Origin: Lama guanicoe
Taxonomy: Eukaryota
Assembly: GCA_013239625.1 (NCBI GenBank)
Contig: MU054220.1
Coordinates: 2,417,374 to 2,481,373, forward strand
Length of the DNA: 64,000 nt
Direction of reading: 5' to 3'
The stretch's first letter is position 1; each line of letters starts with the position of its first letter. A program made the translations under genes and the position numbers. Below the pieces are notes generated by a model. It saw only the letters and a program-made list of their open reading frames with translations. It made no database searches and had not been told where the DNA came from. Below, piece by piece: positions 39,236 through 51,503 of this stretch.

Positions 39236-40499
39236 GTGAGTGCCATTGTCAAGGCTCCGCTGTATGGCAGCTCTCCTAGGCTTGGCAGAGTGATGCAGGA
39301 CAAGGGTGTGATCTTCCAGCTGGGACCAGAGATGTTATGCTCATAGGCACCAAGGAATACTCCAGTCCAGCCGCTCCATGACCAGCAGGCCTCACTTTTG
39401 GAAGCTCTGGACTTTAAAAAGGCAGGGGCTTTCTCGTACCCTAGATCATGAACTGGGTCCCCAGAGGCCCGAAAGGATCTTTGGATAAAGGCCAAACAGA
39501 ATACTTCCTTACCTTAACATTAGACCTTTAGTCTGGAGATACATAAAGAACTCAATGAAATATTTATGCTTATTTTTTAAAAAAATTTGAGGAAGCAAGC
39601 TAAAAAGGAGTGGATAGTATACTATGAAATGTTCTTTTCTGGAGGTTGTAGTCGTGATGGAGGATGAAGACTTTGGACAGCTGCTGTGATTTTTACTGTC
39701 CCTCTGTTTCTCCAGTGGAGAAACGTTCTATTTAAGACCCTTTCTCTTCTGAAGCCATCATCTCTTGTATTGCTGCAAAAGCCATCTGGGCATTGTGAGG
39801 TTAGTGGCCTTCTGGACTCAACCAGTCTAGTTTCTGACTAAGCTTCCTACATCCCGTGGGGGCTCATTTGGCCAAGGTTTTGTCAAGGGGAGTTGAACAT
39901 TTGAATAGTTCTCTAATTAGATGGTATTTAAGCTTTGTCTCAAGCTAAGAACCTGTGAATTCCCTTAGCACTTTGTGCTGGGCTGTTTATAGTTTTATGC
40001 ACTTCTTTATGTGTTGTTTTGTGTTTTCTTTAGCTGTGTGGTGTATATGTTTAATCCGCCCAATTAGGTTCACTGTAAGCTCCTTAGGGCCATATTGTCC
40101 AGGGCCCCTCATTTAGTACCAGGCATGTAGATGCTTGTTGAATTCAGCCTGGAATGGGGAGCATTTGTTTTAAAGGAAAGAACTAAAGACAGGACTCATT
40201 ATGTACAAAGCCATAGAAAGTAGGTGACATAGTGTGTTGCCTCCAGCCTCTTCTCCTTCTCAGGGACCCTCTTTCCAAGTCTACTGAGCCACTTCCCAAG
40301 CCTCCTAAATTCTGTAAGGCTCTTGCCAGTACACCTTTGCCTGGAGTGCCCTCTTCTCCCTGAAACCCAACTGCCTGCAAGCTCTTCCCCTTCCTGAAGC
40401 TTCTTCAACAGGCTTGTGGAGCCTTCCTAAACAGAATTGATCACTCCCTCTTGTGCCACCCCTGTACCTAGTACACTCTATGTTAACACTCATCGCACC

Positions 40500-40635
40500 A
40501 AACATTTATTCCCATGTCATTCTCCTCTCTGGGACTGTGAGCTCTTTGAGGGTAGAGACCATGTCTGTTTCATCTTTCTGAAGTCCAGGTGCCTAATAAG
40601 GCACATGACACTTAGGAGAAGCTGAGTGAATGAAA
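40500..40635 (+). mobile_element. L2 3' end fragment
   Basis: gactgtgagctctttgagggtagagaccatgtctgtttcatctt...gctgagtgaatgaa. Confidence 0.65.
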
Positions 40636-42094
40636 AAGAATCTTGAGAAAAGCGTCCTTATCGTTTCTAGGTGGAACTAGCAGAACCAGTGATGGGAGAC
40701 ATGTCCCATCATGACTCTGAAAGGGTAGAAACAAGGCATTCTGTGCTCTTGACATCATAATGACAGGAAAGTTCTGATTCTTAAATTCCGTATGACTGAA
40801 ATTATTTGACATTGAATGATTGGGAGAGGACTTGCGGGGAGTTCATAAAGCCTATTTCCTTGTCTACATAAAAGAGGATGGAAGGTGAATTTAGTTTAAA
40901 TATCTTACCTCAAGCAGATTTGGATGGTAAAGTTACCTGGTGTCTGCTTTTCACCACCTAGAATCTTGGTCCTTGCTGTTCTTCCAACCCTTCCTGTCTA
41001 ATTGTGGAATAATTATTTCTAATCATCAAGAGACAGAACCTGATTTCGGCAACACTAATGGGCATCTCCAGCCTCTTCTGGAAGCGAGGGCTCCTGCCCA
41101 ACTTTTGGGCACAGCCTACCAGTTCTCCATCCTAGCAAGGTTCCTCATTTTTTCCATAAGTAGCCAGAAACACGTAGCTAAAGGCAAACAGCTCTAGGGC
41201 AGAAGCCAAGATGCTGTCACACATGGGGCCAGAAGCTCACGGAATGCAGTTGGAGATATGTAATCCACCGCTGTCCTGCTAAGGGGCTCAAGGCGTCTAG
41301 TCAGCTGCTGCATGCCTCATGACAAGAGCTGCTTCTCAGGCCTCCTGATGAGGGTTTTTTGATTCTCAGTAGGCACCATCTGCCACTAAGGAGAGGGAGC
41401 TGAAGTAACTAGGAAGCTCCCATTTGGCAAGTGTTTCTCTTACACAAGAGACAGGATCCAGGCTTCTCAACAAGATTTTGCTCACCCTTTGTCCACCCAG
41501 TCTGACTTTAAACCCCCGTGCTCCAGAAGGGTTTCTGGTTTTCTAGGTCTTGGTTGCCCCTTACGTCCAAAGGCACCAAAGCACTCAGCACACATCCCTG
41601 AATTCAGTCATTGGTGGAAGGGAAGACACCAGCTTTTATGGATAGCTGTGCTCTACCACCGTTTAAGGCAAGAAGTGCATTTTTGTCTGAGAACAGGGAG
41701 CGAGGGTTTAATGGGACAGTAGAGCATCTCCCTCTTTGCGCAGGTAAGTATAGGTGGGTGTCTCCATCTGTAATGTCACTCTCTGTCCTTGAAGGAAGGC
41801 ATTTGTGGGTCCTGGGCCTGTCCTAGAGCTTCCCTACCCAGAGTCCCCCTTTTCTTTGGTGTTACCTCTTGGAATTCACTGTGGTAATGTTCAGAGAGGT
41901 AAAGTTGTTGGGCCAATGGACATTCCCAGGAGAGCATCCTCCAGCGCATCGACTTATTTCAACTCCCACTAAGGGACATCTTCCCCAAGAGATGATCTCT
42001 TACACAGTCCCATATGAAAACTCTTGTGAAAATGAATTGCTAATTGCAATTAGCCTTGGCGCATTTATTCTCAGCAGTTCTTCTTACCCCTGGA

Positions 42095-42282
42095 TCAGTA
42101 CTCCTCAAACTGTGCTCCTTGGACAACCTGCATTAGAATGCATGGGGTCCTTGTTAAAATACAGACTCCATTTCAGACCTAAAATCAGAATAAGAATGGG
42201 GCAGGAAGGGACCCAGGTATTTGTATTTGTAAAACAAACTTTCCAGATGATTCTGATACGCTCTTGAGTTTGAGAACTGCTG
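42095..42282 (+). mobile_element. MER5-family hAT MITE
   Basis: cagtactcctcaaact...cttgttaaaatacagact...gatgattctgat...agtttgagaactgctg termini. Confidence 0.7.
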
Positions 42283-43271
42283 TTCTTAATGACTGCTTTC
42301 TTCATTTTAGGTTTCTGCCCTCAGCCTCTTAAGCAAGGCAGAGACAGAGTCTCAGGTTTACTTCTTGTTGTGGTTTTAGTGTGGTGCTTTGATCCTTTGC
42401 TAATTTTGTTCCAGGCACAGTGGCATTTATGTTCTGTTTACTACCAAACTCTTAGCTTTTGGGCTGTCTGTGCTTCACTTCCCATCTTTTCTCAGCTGTT
42501 GTTGCTTTCCAGAGTTCTCCCTTGAATATCTCTATGTGCTGAATTCTTTTCTTCCCCATGTTGAGTCATTTTAATTTTCATCCTTGTTTCTGGGACCTAG
42601 GGTCCTCAGATATTTCCCTTCTCTGCTTACTGAGGCTAGGCTTAGTCTTCCCAATTTCAGTCTGACTGGCCAGTCAGGAAAAATAAGACTAGTCACATAC
42701 TTTATCTGCCCCTTTCCTCTGTCCATTTGAGGCTCCTCCAGGCTGGATATGCTACTGTCTATGCCTCAGGGTCTTACTGTCTGACTCCCTCACACTTGAG
42801 GCTGTAGGACTTTGTTAATTTCTGTTTTGTTTTTAAGTTAGGCATTTGGAGATTGCTGAGCTGAAGTTTTGCTGAATTCTCAAAACACTAAACTGCCTGT
42901 GTTCCCTCTCTGCTTTCATCTTCTAATTGGAACAAGGCTCAGTATTGTAACAGAGAACTGCAATTAATTTTCTAAAATAGTGGCAACTTGCACATTATAA
43001 TAACTTTGGTTGTAACCAAGTGAAAACATAATAACAAAAATATAAAATTACTGATGAAACCAGAAATAGTCATGTACCAAACTGTTCTTTCAGTTTGTAT
43101 CAGGAATAAGTACTATTTTACCTATGAATAGGGGCAAAAGTCAGTGTAGCAGGGGGGCCGGGGTTGGGGGTAGGCAATGCTAGAGCAGTTTGAGCTCAAA
43201 AGCAAGAGTAAGGATTAGTGATTTCTACTCAGGAATTAACAGGTGCTATGCTCTTCCTCCCAGATGCATAG

Positions 43272-43300
43272 ACCACCACCACCACCACCACCACACCACC
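43272..43300. repeat. (ACC)n trinucleotide repeat
   Basis: accaccaccaccaccaccaccacaccacc, followed by a G9 run. Confidence 0.9.
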
Positions 43301-46300
43301 TAACAGGTGGGGGGGGGTTGTAGGCATATGTAAGTGGTTTAATAAGAACTGAAAAGGATTCTCACTGCATAATTCCTTCAGATCCTAGAGGCACTGGTTG
43401 CTTGAATCTCACCAGTGCTGGTTTGCTTTTCTCTCAGGTCATTTTTTGGGGGCAGAACTGATAGACAAGGGACTTAGGTGGGAGAGGAAAGTCCTAAGAC
43501 AGAAAGCAGTTTGGTTCTCCTCTCTCTGTGGAACAGCACTGTGCTGTTTAAGGCAAAGCCTTAAATACTTAATGATCAATTTTATTGAAAGCTTTTCTTT
43601 TGTGGCCATGTGGTAAAACTGTATTCAAGGGTTGAGCGACTGTCACCCAGACAGATTGTTAGTTTGGAGAGGGTGTTGGAAAGAGAGCCTGCCCCTCCCT
43701 TCCCCCACCTCTCTTTCTCTCTCTACTCTTCTCCGCCTTCTTCTGTTCTCTCTCATCTCCCTCCCACCCCTTCTTAACCCTAAGAATTCTGCTCTTCAGT
43801 GGTGGACTGTCCCCATCTACCTTCTCCCTCTAGAGCTCCAGCTCTAAAGATACGCATCCCCCTCATCCTCAGCAGGTCCTAGGCATCAGGTTTTTAACAG
43901 ATCTTCAACCTACTCATATCTAACTGGGCAGTAGTTCTCAATCACCATCCTGGTTTTACCAGCTCTCCAGATGAGTCTGCACGCTGAGTCAAGATTGAGA
44001 GCTAATCGACTACATGGGAATTCTAATTAGACCTCACCTGTCAATATAGCTTTGTCCTTTTCTCTTTGCTCTCACCTTGTCTCTTACTGTCTCTGGAACC
44101 TCATCCGGTTTATTTCTATGGCTTCTTTAACCAAATCTTTCAGATACTTCCCAGAAGTTGAGAAATTGATGAGTACCTCCTGTCCTCAGCATTTCTGGAT
44201 CATGCTAGCATCCTACTGATGGTACTTTAAGGACTAATGCTATGGGGCCTTTTTTCAATTCTAATTAAAATTCTTACCTGCCCACAGATGACTTTACTCA
44301 GTCTCTTAAATATGAGCCCATGCCTGTTGGCCTGCGTGCTAAAATACAGAGATTCTTAGGCTTAAAAAATGGGACGCAGTATCTTGATCTTGCGTTATAA
44401 AGAAACATTAGTTGGCTTCCTTCATTTCTTACCGTTTCATAGCCATCTTCACAGGGCAGCCTAGTGATGACTGTCATTGTAAGTTCATTAAAATGGACCA
44501 CAGAAAAGGCTTAGTATCCAGAGCAGTCAAGTTAATCATAACTAAATTGTAGCTTTAGACCCTGGGTCGGGTGGGTGTCCACTGCTGTCAGCACTGACCA
44601 GCATTATGTAACTAACATGCATAGGTTCTTTTGGCCTGTCCTAGCTCCATTCTTCAATATATTATCTTCACTATGGCTTCCTCCCTGCCCTGAATTTAGT
44701 GTGTGATGAAGTCCAGTCATCTGTATTTCCCTAGATTCTAAAAGTCTGATTTTCAAAAGTAACCTGGAACTCTATTAGAGTATTCTCCAGAAAATCTGAG
44801 GGAACTGAGCCTCTTCTTAATTGTGTCTGGCCTTGGGAGTGGCAAAAACCAAAAATAAAGATCATTTTATTTTTGTATCCTGGAAGGGTACTATTTCTTC
44901 AAGGGGAGACTGGGATAAAAGAGAGACAGCTTTGTTGTCAGAAATGATTTACTCCTTCCTAAGATTTTGTCCTCATTAATTTTCTTAAAGCTGCCTGTCA
45001 GTTGATTAAAAGCTGCTTCCGCTGCAATTATCTTAAAGTTGACTTCTGAGATGTGGTACAAAGCATCTATCCTCAAAGTTCCTTTCTTCAGGATGCTGTA
45101 GAAAAGGGGGAGGGGGTATGGGAGAAGTCAGCGGTGTCTCTGATGCGATTTGTCAGAGAAGGGAGGGGGCAAGATAAAAAATTAAAAATAACATTAGAGC
45201 TGCAATCAAAGCCAATAGTTTAGGCGAATTTTTCCATGACAGATTTCTCCAGCTCTGACGGTTTCTTTCCTCCACGGCTTCTTAGTAGATGCAGTCTGTG
45301 CTGCGTTTTATTTTTTCACTTAGCAAAATTTTATTGAGGCCCTACCATGGGCCAGGTACTTTGCTAGGTCTGGGAATACAGTGAACAAAGTGAATCTGTT
45401 CCCTGCTCTCCTGTTGCCTACCTGCTAGACTACTGGCTTCTTGACTGGTCATTCCACTTGCTGTATCCTTCACTGTGCTTGGCACACAGGAGGCACTCAG
45501 CATTCACTCCAAGAGCATGTATTGCTCTGAACTCGTGTGTGCTGTGCATTTCCTGCACATACATGAACATACACCCCCTACTCACCAGCACCGTCAGTGT
45601 GCCTAGCATGTGATCCAGTAAATGGTAATTGAACATAAGCATTAGATATAATCTCTTATGAAAATCGAGTGTCTTGCTCATTTCCACAGTTCTGCCCAAC
45701 ATCAGTGAGTTTCTCAAGGTTCTAGTATCAGCACTGAAACATGGTGAAAGATTCCCAGTGGATGTTTCAAAAATAAAAGGCAAAACATTTTGTTTTTTAA
45801 GAATTGGTAGGAGAACCTACTTTTGCATTTGTAGGAGCTGAAAATATTTTAATGTAACCCCCATCCTGAACTTTCTTCTTTTAAAAAATGTGAATCAACT
45901 AAAATACTTGAATATATTGAAAGACTCCCTTATCCAAGCTGAATATCTCACACAACTACTCATTTGGCCATTTCCTTTGTGATTTAGAAAGTTGTGCACA
46001 GAGGTGTGGGCACAGGAGGAAGTAATTATTTTAATTTCTGGGAGTTCCAGGAGCATTGAGTGCCTCGGTATTTGATTTAGCACAGTAGATCCCTAAACTG
46101 AAGTAATCTGTTCTTCGATCCTAATGACCAGAGGTGGCCTTTGGAAAGCATCAGGCGGATTGAAAAATAAAATTCTTGTTTTCTGACTGTCCTTGGGATC
46201 TCTTTGAGAACAGGTGAGTGAGACAGTCTTTAGGTCTCAACAAATCACAGGAGATGGGCTGGAAACAACTTTGAAGCAGCAGGTTATCAATAGCAGCAGA

Positions 46301-49300
46301 AGGCAACAAGTTCCCAAGAGTTAACAAAAGGATCTGTTTATGCTGCTTTTCTGTTGGGGGAGCTTTGGTTTGAACAAGGCAAGGGTGATCTAGGCAGATT
46401 TGTTCCTACTTCAGCTGAGTAAAGAGGAGAGTTAAGTGACTCGGTATTCTGATTTTTGTTTTTAAATAACCACTTTAAAATCAACATCCTGTGAGTTCTA
46501 AACTCCAAAGGCTTGGAGACAATAAAGGAAGTCAGAGTTTCTGAAAAACAATCAGATTTTCCTAGGGGTGAAACTCCAATAATTCATCAATCTTAGGAAA
46601 TCAACTGCCCCAAAGAAAGAAAAGATGGCTGTCGTATCCCTACCCGCATCTGCTTTGGGATGTGTATGTTTCTCAGCCTGTGACAAGTTGTGTAACCATC
46701 CATTTCCAATGGAAAGGTCAGCTGTCTCATAGCATCTGCTTTCCATTGATTTTTCCCTCTTCCCAGAGAGTTAATTCTCCTAGTAACCATCTCTAAAAGC
46801 TTAAAGCCTCCCTTGGCTCCCACAGTTACCCAGAAGGCATTTCTCCTCCTCACAGTTCCTTTCTTCCTCAAAGCCCCCGTGGCTTTCACCTTCTCTCATG
46901 GCCCTTCCAGCCTGTTTCCCGTTGCCCCCTTCCTCCAACCAACTTCCATTGTCTCAGTTAAAACAAGGGAGATCTGCTGACCGCACTTGACCTCTTGCCA
47001 CTGTTGCAGGGTTCCAGCTTTACAGATGATGAGCTTTCCAAATGTAAACAAGATAACTGCAGTTTTTTTTTCTTTGAACTTCTTATCTGGGCTGATCTGA
47101 GCAGTGCAGTTTGCTGCTTGGACTAATGGTCTGAGCTTTATTGACATGCAGTAAAAGAGAAAGCATCTTGTTGAGGGCAGCAATACCTTTTTCCTCTAAA
47201 TTTTAAAAGGATGGAGAGGAAGGTTTCCCACTGAGCTCCTCTGGCTGCCTCTCATTCTTTTCCTATCTTTGAACAAGAAACAAGAACCCTTTACTTTTGA
47301 TCTGGGAACTGTTTTCTTTTGTTCCTACTTCCTATTAGAGAATTTGAGGGATGGAGGGGCAAGTGGTACATGAGATTGTCTTTGACCCCAGAAGTGAAAG
47401 AATCATCTTCTCTCTTTCCCTCAGAACTGTAAAGATCTTGATGACCTGACTCATTCCCTATTGACATGCTGGGACTACACTGACTCTAAAAAATTTGTTC
47501 CTTCCAGCTTATTGATTCCAATTCCCTTCATAAATGTTAGACAGAAATGAGAACAGCCTGCTTGAGGAGGGGGTTTCTGTCAGCATTTGTCATATACCAA
47601 GGAACAGCTACAGCTGAGAGGTTGAAACCAGGACTCTGCAAACATGAATCAGCAGCTGGGTTTTATATCCAGCCCCACAAAGGGCCCCCAGGTCCTGATA
47701 ATTCTCTTCCAGTGTAATAGAATTTGGTGTTGTAGCTTCCTGGGGGTGTCAGTTTTGTCAGAGACAGGGGGAAGTTTTTGGCAGGCCATCCAGCTTTGTC
47801 CTTAACATCCCATGGGGAGCTTCAGGTGCCCTGACAAAGGCAGCCTTAAAGGAATGCTCTACTTGAGATATACTTGGCGTGTCTTAAAACGAAGGCCAGA
47901 GCTTTCCCTTACCATGGTCTCAGATCTTCTTTCTTGTTACAGTGCTGACGGACTTTGGGTTTACAGAGCCAGTCCCCATTGAAATCTGGGAGGAGACTCA
48001 GATCTCCCAGTAACTGGGTTGGAAAGACTGATGGCCGAAACCATACATGATTTGGGAGCAGCCAGAGCTACCCAGCCATCTGTCAGCATTGGGGAACTTG
48101 TTGCCCAGATGTTTTCTCATCTCTCAGGCTGGTTGTGAGGAGTAGTTCCCCTCTGTGAGGTGCTTTAAGAGCTGTTAAACTCTGGCCTGAGAAAGGAAAG
48201 GAAATTACACCTCTGGGTGGTTTTCAAAATGGGCCAGATTCTCATTCCCCTAAAGGGTCCTTTAGTTTCAGGCATGTGTGAAATAAGGAGTACTGGACCA
48301 GATGACCTCTCAGGACCTATAAATCAGTGATTCCTACCCACTCTGCATCCTCTATGCTCTCATCCCGCCCTCGTCTTTTTGCCCTCATCTCCCTCCTTCC
48401 CACCCCCACATGAGAGTGTGATAAGCAAGCAAGTGCTTATCAAGAATTCTGGAGGCTGCTGATCTTCACGTGGCATTTTCTGGCTTCCTTCCATGGAGCA
48501 GGATTTAGCCTAATACCCAAACATTGGAGGAGATGGGCTCTAGGGAGCTGCCCTTTCAACACTGTTTAAGAGCTTGGGGTGGGGGAGCGGGGAGGGGCTG
48601 TCATAGCCAGAGGACAAATTGATGCCCCATGACTCCTGTAGCCATGGAGGTTGTGAATATCTGTGCAGCAAAATCTAGGGGTCTCAACCTTTAATTACGT
48701 CTCTCCAATCCCTCTGACCTTGTCTCGTCTAAGCTGGGTCATCCATCACACTGGCCTCTTGTGGGTTTTGTCCCCAGAGCAAGTTCCTGTACTTAGAAAC
48801 AAATTGATAGTATTTGCTTGTTAATCCCTCTGCAGCAACAGACTATAAAAGGTAAATTGTGACATGTGAGAGGCTTGTTTGCTTCTTTCCTGGTCTGGAG
48901 CATTAATAGAAAAGAGTTTTCTTAAGAGACCTCCATCAAGAAACTCAACATAACCTTAAAGCATTTGATTTCCTAACCTTATTGCACCTCTCCCCCCTTA
49001 TTGCAAGACCACTTTCTTTGGCCCTTTTGCCCCATTCTCTGCAATTATGAATCATTACAATTTCAGGGGGGACTCTTGTGAAGCCCAGTAGAGCTGCCAC
49101 AGGTGAAGACTAGGCTCCTCTCATACAACCCACTGAAGTTAACACACATCCCTCTGTGACTCTGGGTGTATCCCCACTTCCATCATCTGACCTTTGGGAG
49201 AAGCAAAGTTAAACAGATTAAGTGACCCCAGCCACAACTGTCTGATCACCACTGCTTTGTCCTTTTAGTGTGTATACCAAGGCAGAAACCATTGATTGTC

Positions 49301-51363
49301 TTCTGGAAAGGTGAAAAGCTCTGTGAGAAAGGATGAAAGCACCACACCCATCCCCCTGTTTGAAGGAAAAGAGTTGATTAGGTGCAAAAGGAAAAGACTG
49401 GCATTGCCTTCTCTGTGGACAGTCAGTCAGTGAAGCTGGTGGAGAAGCGTAGCCACGGATTTGTTCCAGGCTCATGCCACATGTGTGTGCAAGGAAGAGA
49501 TTATCCAAAGGTCAGGGAACCACGTTCTAGATGACTAGTTTAGAAATTCATAAACCCCACTGGGGTCTTTTTCAGCAGTCCCCTCAGACTAAAGATTTCA
49601 GGCTCCCTGGTTAATTCTTACATTTGGAGTTGAGTCAGTTAGGGAGGGCATAGGAGGTTCTCGGTGCAGTAGCCACAGGGCAGTCAGTCTTATGCCTCAA
49701 ACCGGAGCCAGTTCCATACCTGCAGAAGACCCATTCAACCTCAGGACCCTAGCAGGGCCGTTCCGGCACTGTGTCATTAGCTGCCCAGGCATGTTTCTGG
49801 GCACCACAAAGCTGGAGCATTTTTATAACAGGATTCTCCTTGTATGTGTCAGCACACTGAGAATGCTGCTGCTTCTCCAGTCTAGAGGCTGTCCTGGTTT
49901 TACTTTCAGATAGGAACCCACGGCACATGAACAAGTGTTCCCAAAAGCAGGACTTGCACATTACACTTGATTTGTGTAAATGACGTGGACCCCTAGCTCA
50001 ATATTTACTTTTTTCTTTTTGGTCCCTCATGAGGATAATCAGAAAAATTGTTGTACCACCCTAAGTTCATTTTTTAATATTATTTTCTAAATCATGCTTT
50101 CATTTTATTCTGGTTTTCTTTCCTTTCGTCAGCCCATAGGGACAAGCAAAGGCAGATGAGTTCATCCCTTCTTTATAGATTAAAACGTGAAGAGACTAAA
50201 AGAGAAAACGTATCGACTAAAATTCCAGTTTATAGATTTTCAGCCTCGTGTCCGTTTCATAGGCGCTGATGACTTTTTTTATTTGTTTTTGTTTGTTTGT
50301 TTGTTTTGAAGCCCCAGACAAAGGTTTCTGTTAATAATAATGACAGTTACCACATTTGAGCTGGTACCATGCCAGACATTTTATATACTTCTTTTCATCG
50401 CTCCCATTTTTTGAGTGTTGGTGCTGCCTCTTTTTAAACTGAGATCTAGAGAAAGTGTTGTACAGTGATGTCAGGACACAAACCCAGGTCTTTCTAACTC
50501 TTAAAGTATGTCTTTCATTCTTCCACTGCCCTGCCTTGTCTCTGACTGAAGTTGCTTCTGGAACATCTTGTTGGTCAGTAGCCAGATACCACCTTCAGCC
50601 CAACCTGAGACATAGCTAAACTGCCCCCTGAGAGAATAGTAGCTTTGGAAAGACATAGACTAATGAAAGGTGACTCCCTTTGAGAAGTGGAAATGATCTA
50701 TTTAATGGTGATTTATATAAGCTAGAAAGAAATCCTGTACCTCTGTGTTCAAGATTCCTCTCTGTCCTGCTTCTTACATCTCATTGCACCTTTTAGGTTT
50801 CCTTAACAATAGCAGTTTGAACATTGCTTTTAATTAGATGAATTAAGAATATTCTTTGATGTTATCACCCCCTTCTGCCCCCCTCTCACCTTCAGTTCCC
50901 CACTGCACTATGAGAACACTATGATTTCCATGGTAACGGACTACCAGTGGATCTTGGCTCTCACTGGTTTGTGTGGTCAGAGGAAAGTTCTGGGCAGTCC
51001 TTCCTGGTGTGCTAGGCTCTGCATGGGGCCTTCCAGGGGGTTCCTAAAAAGCAGTGAAATGAGAAAAGTTAAAGGCTGTGAGGAGAGCACAGTGGAGCTG
51101 CATGCAGAAAAGTCCAAGTGTGCCCCTGATACTTCCTGCCTTCACTTCAAGTAAGAGGGTCCCACCCTCCCCTGTGCTTCCCCAAGTTCTCAAATATATA
51201 TTAAAAGTCATTCCATTGACAGCCTAACCATCTCCTTTCCTCCCTGTGGTTAGCTTGCTTCAGGTCATAGAAGGGACTTGGTTTCTCCCTGGATTTTGTT
51301 GTTCTTGGTAACAGACTATTTCTCCTCCCATTCTCTTTTCTTCCCTCTTTCTCTCCCACCCAG

Positions 51364-51503
51364 AGAGTTTTCAACGTCCTTTACCCCATGCCTGCTGACC
51401 AGCGGAGACATGTCAGCATCAATTCTGCCCGGTGGCTGCCCGAGCCAGGGCTCGGCCTGGCCTATGGTACCAACAAAGGAGACCTGGTGATCTGCCGACC
51501 AGA
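51364..51503 (+). CDS. AMBRA1: AMBRA1 internal coding exon D (140 nt, phase 0-2); last WD40 blade region
   Basis: Long pyrimidine tract ending ccacccAG| and donor CCAGA|GTGAGT. Translated by hand (the correct frame is not in the ORF track): [46 protein letters not shown](E). Confidence 0.97.

Noticed and set aside
39022..39495. 157-aa antisense ORF over exon C (similarly 58309..58921 over exon E and 59342..59949 over exon F)
   Set aside because: Shadow ORFs caused by GC-rich coding sequence on the opposite strand.
51278..51490. ORF-track protein overlapping exon D
   Set aside because: Wrong frame; the true AMBRA1 frame (RVFNVLYP...) is set by splicing at 51364.
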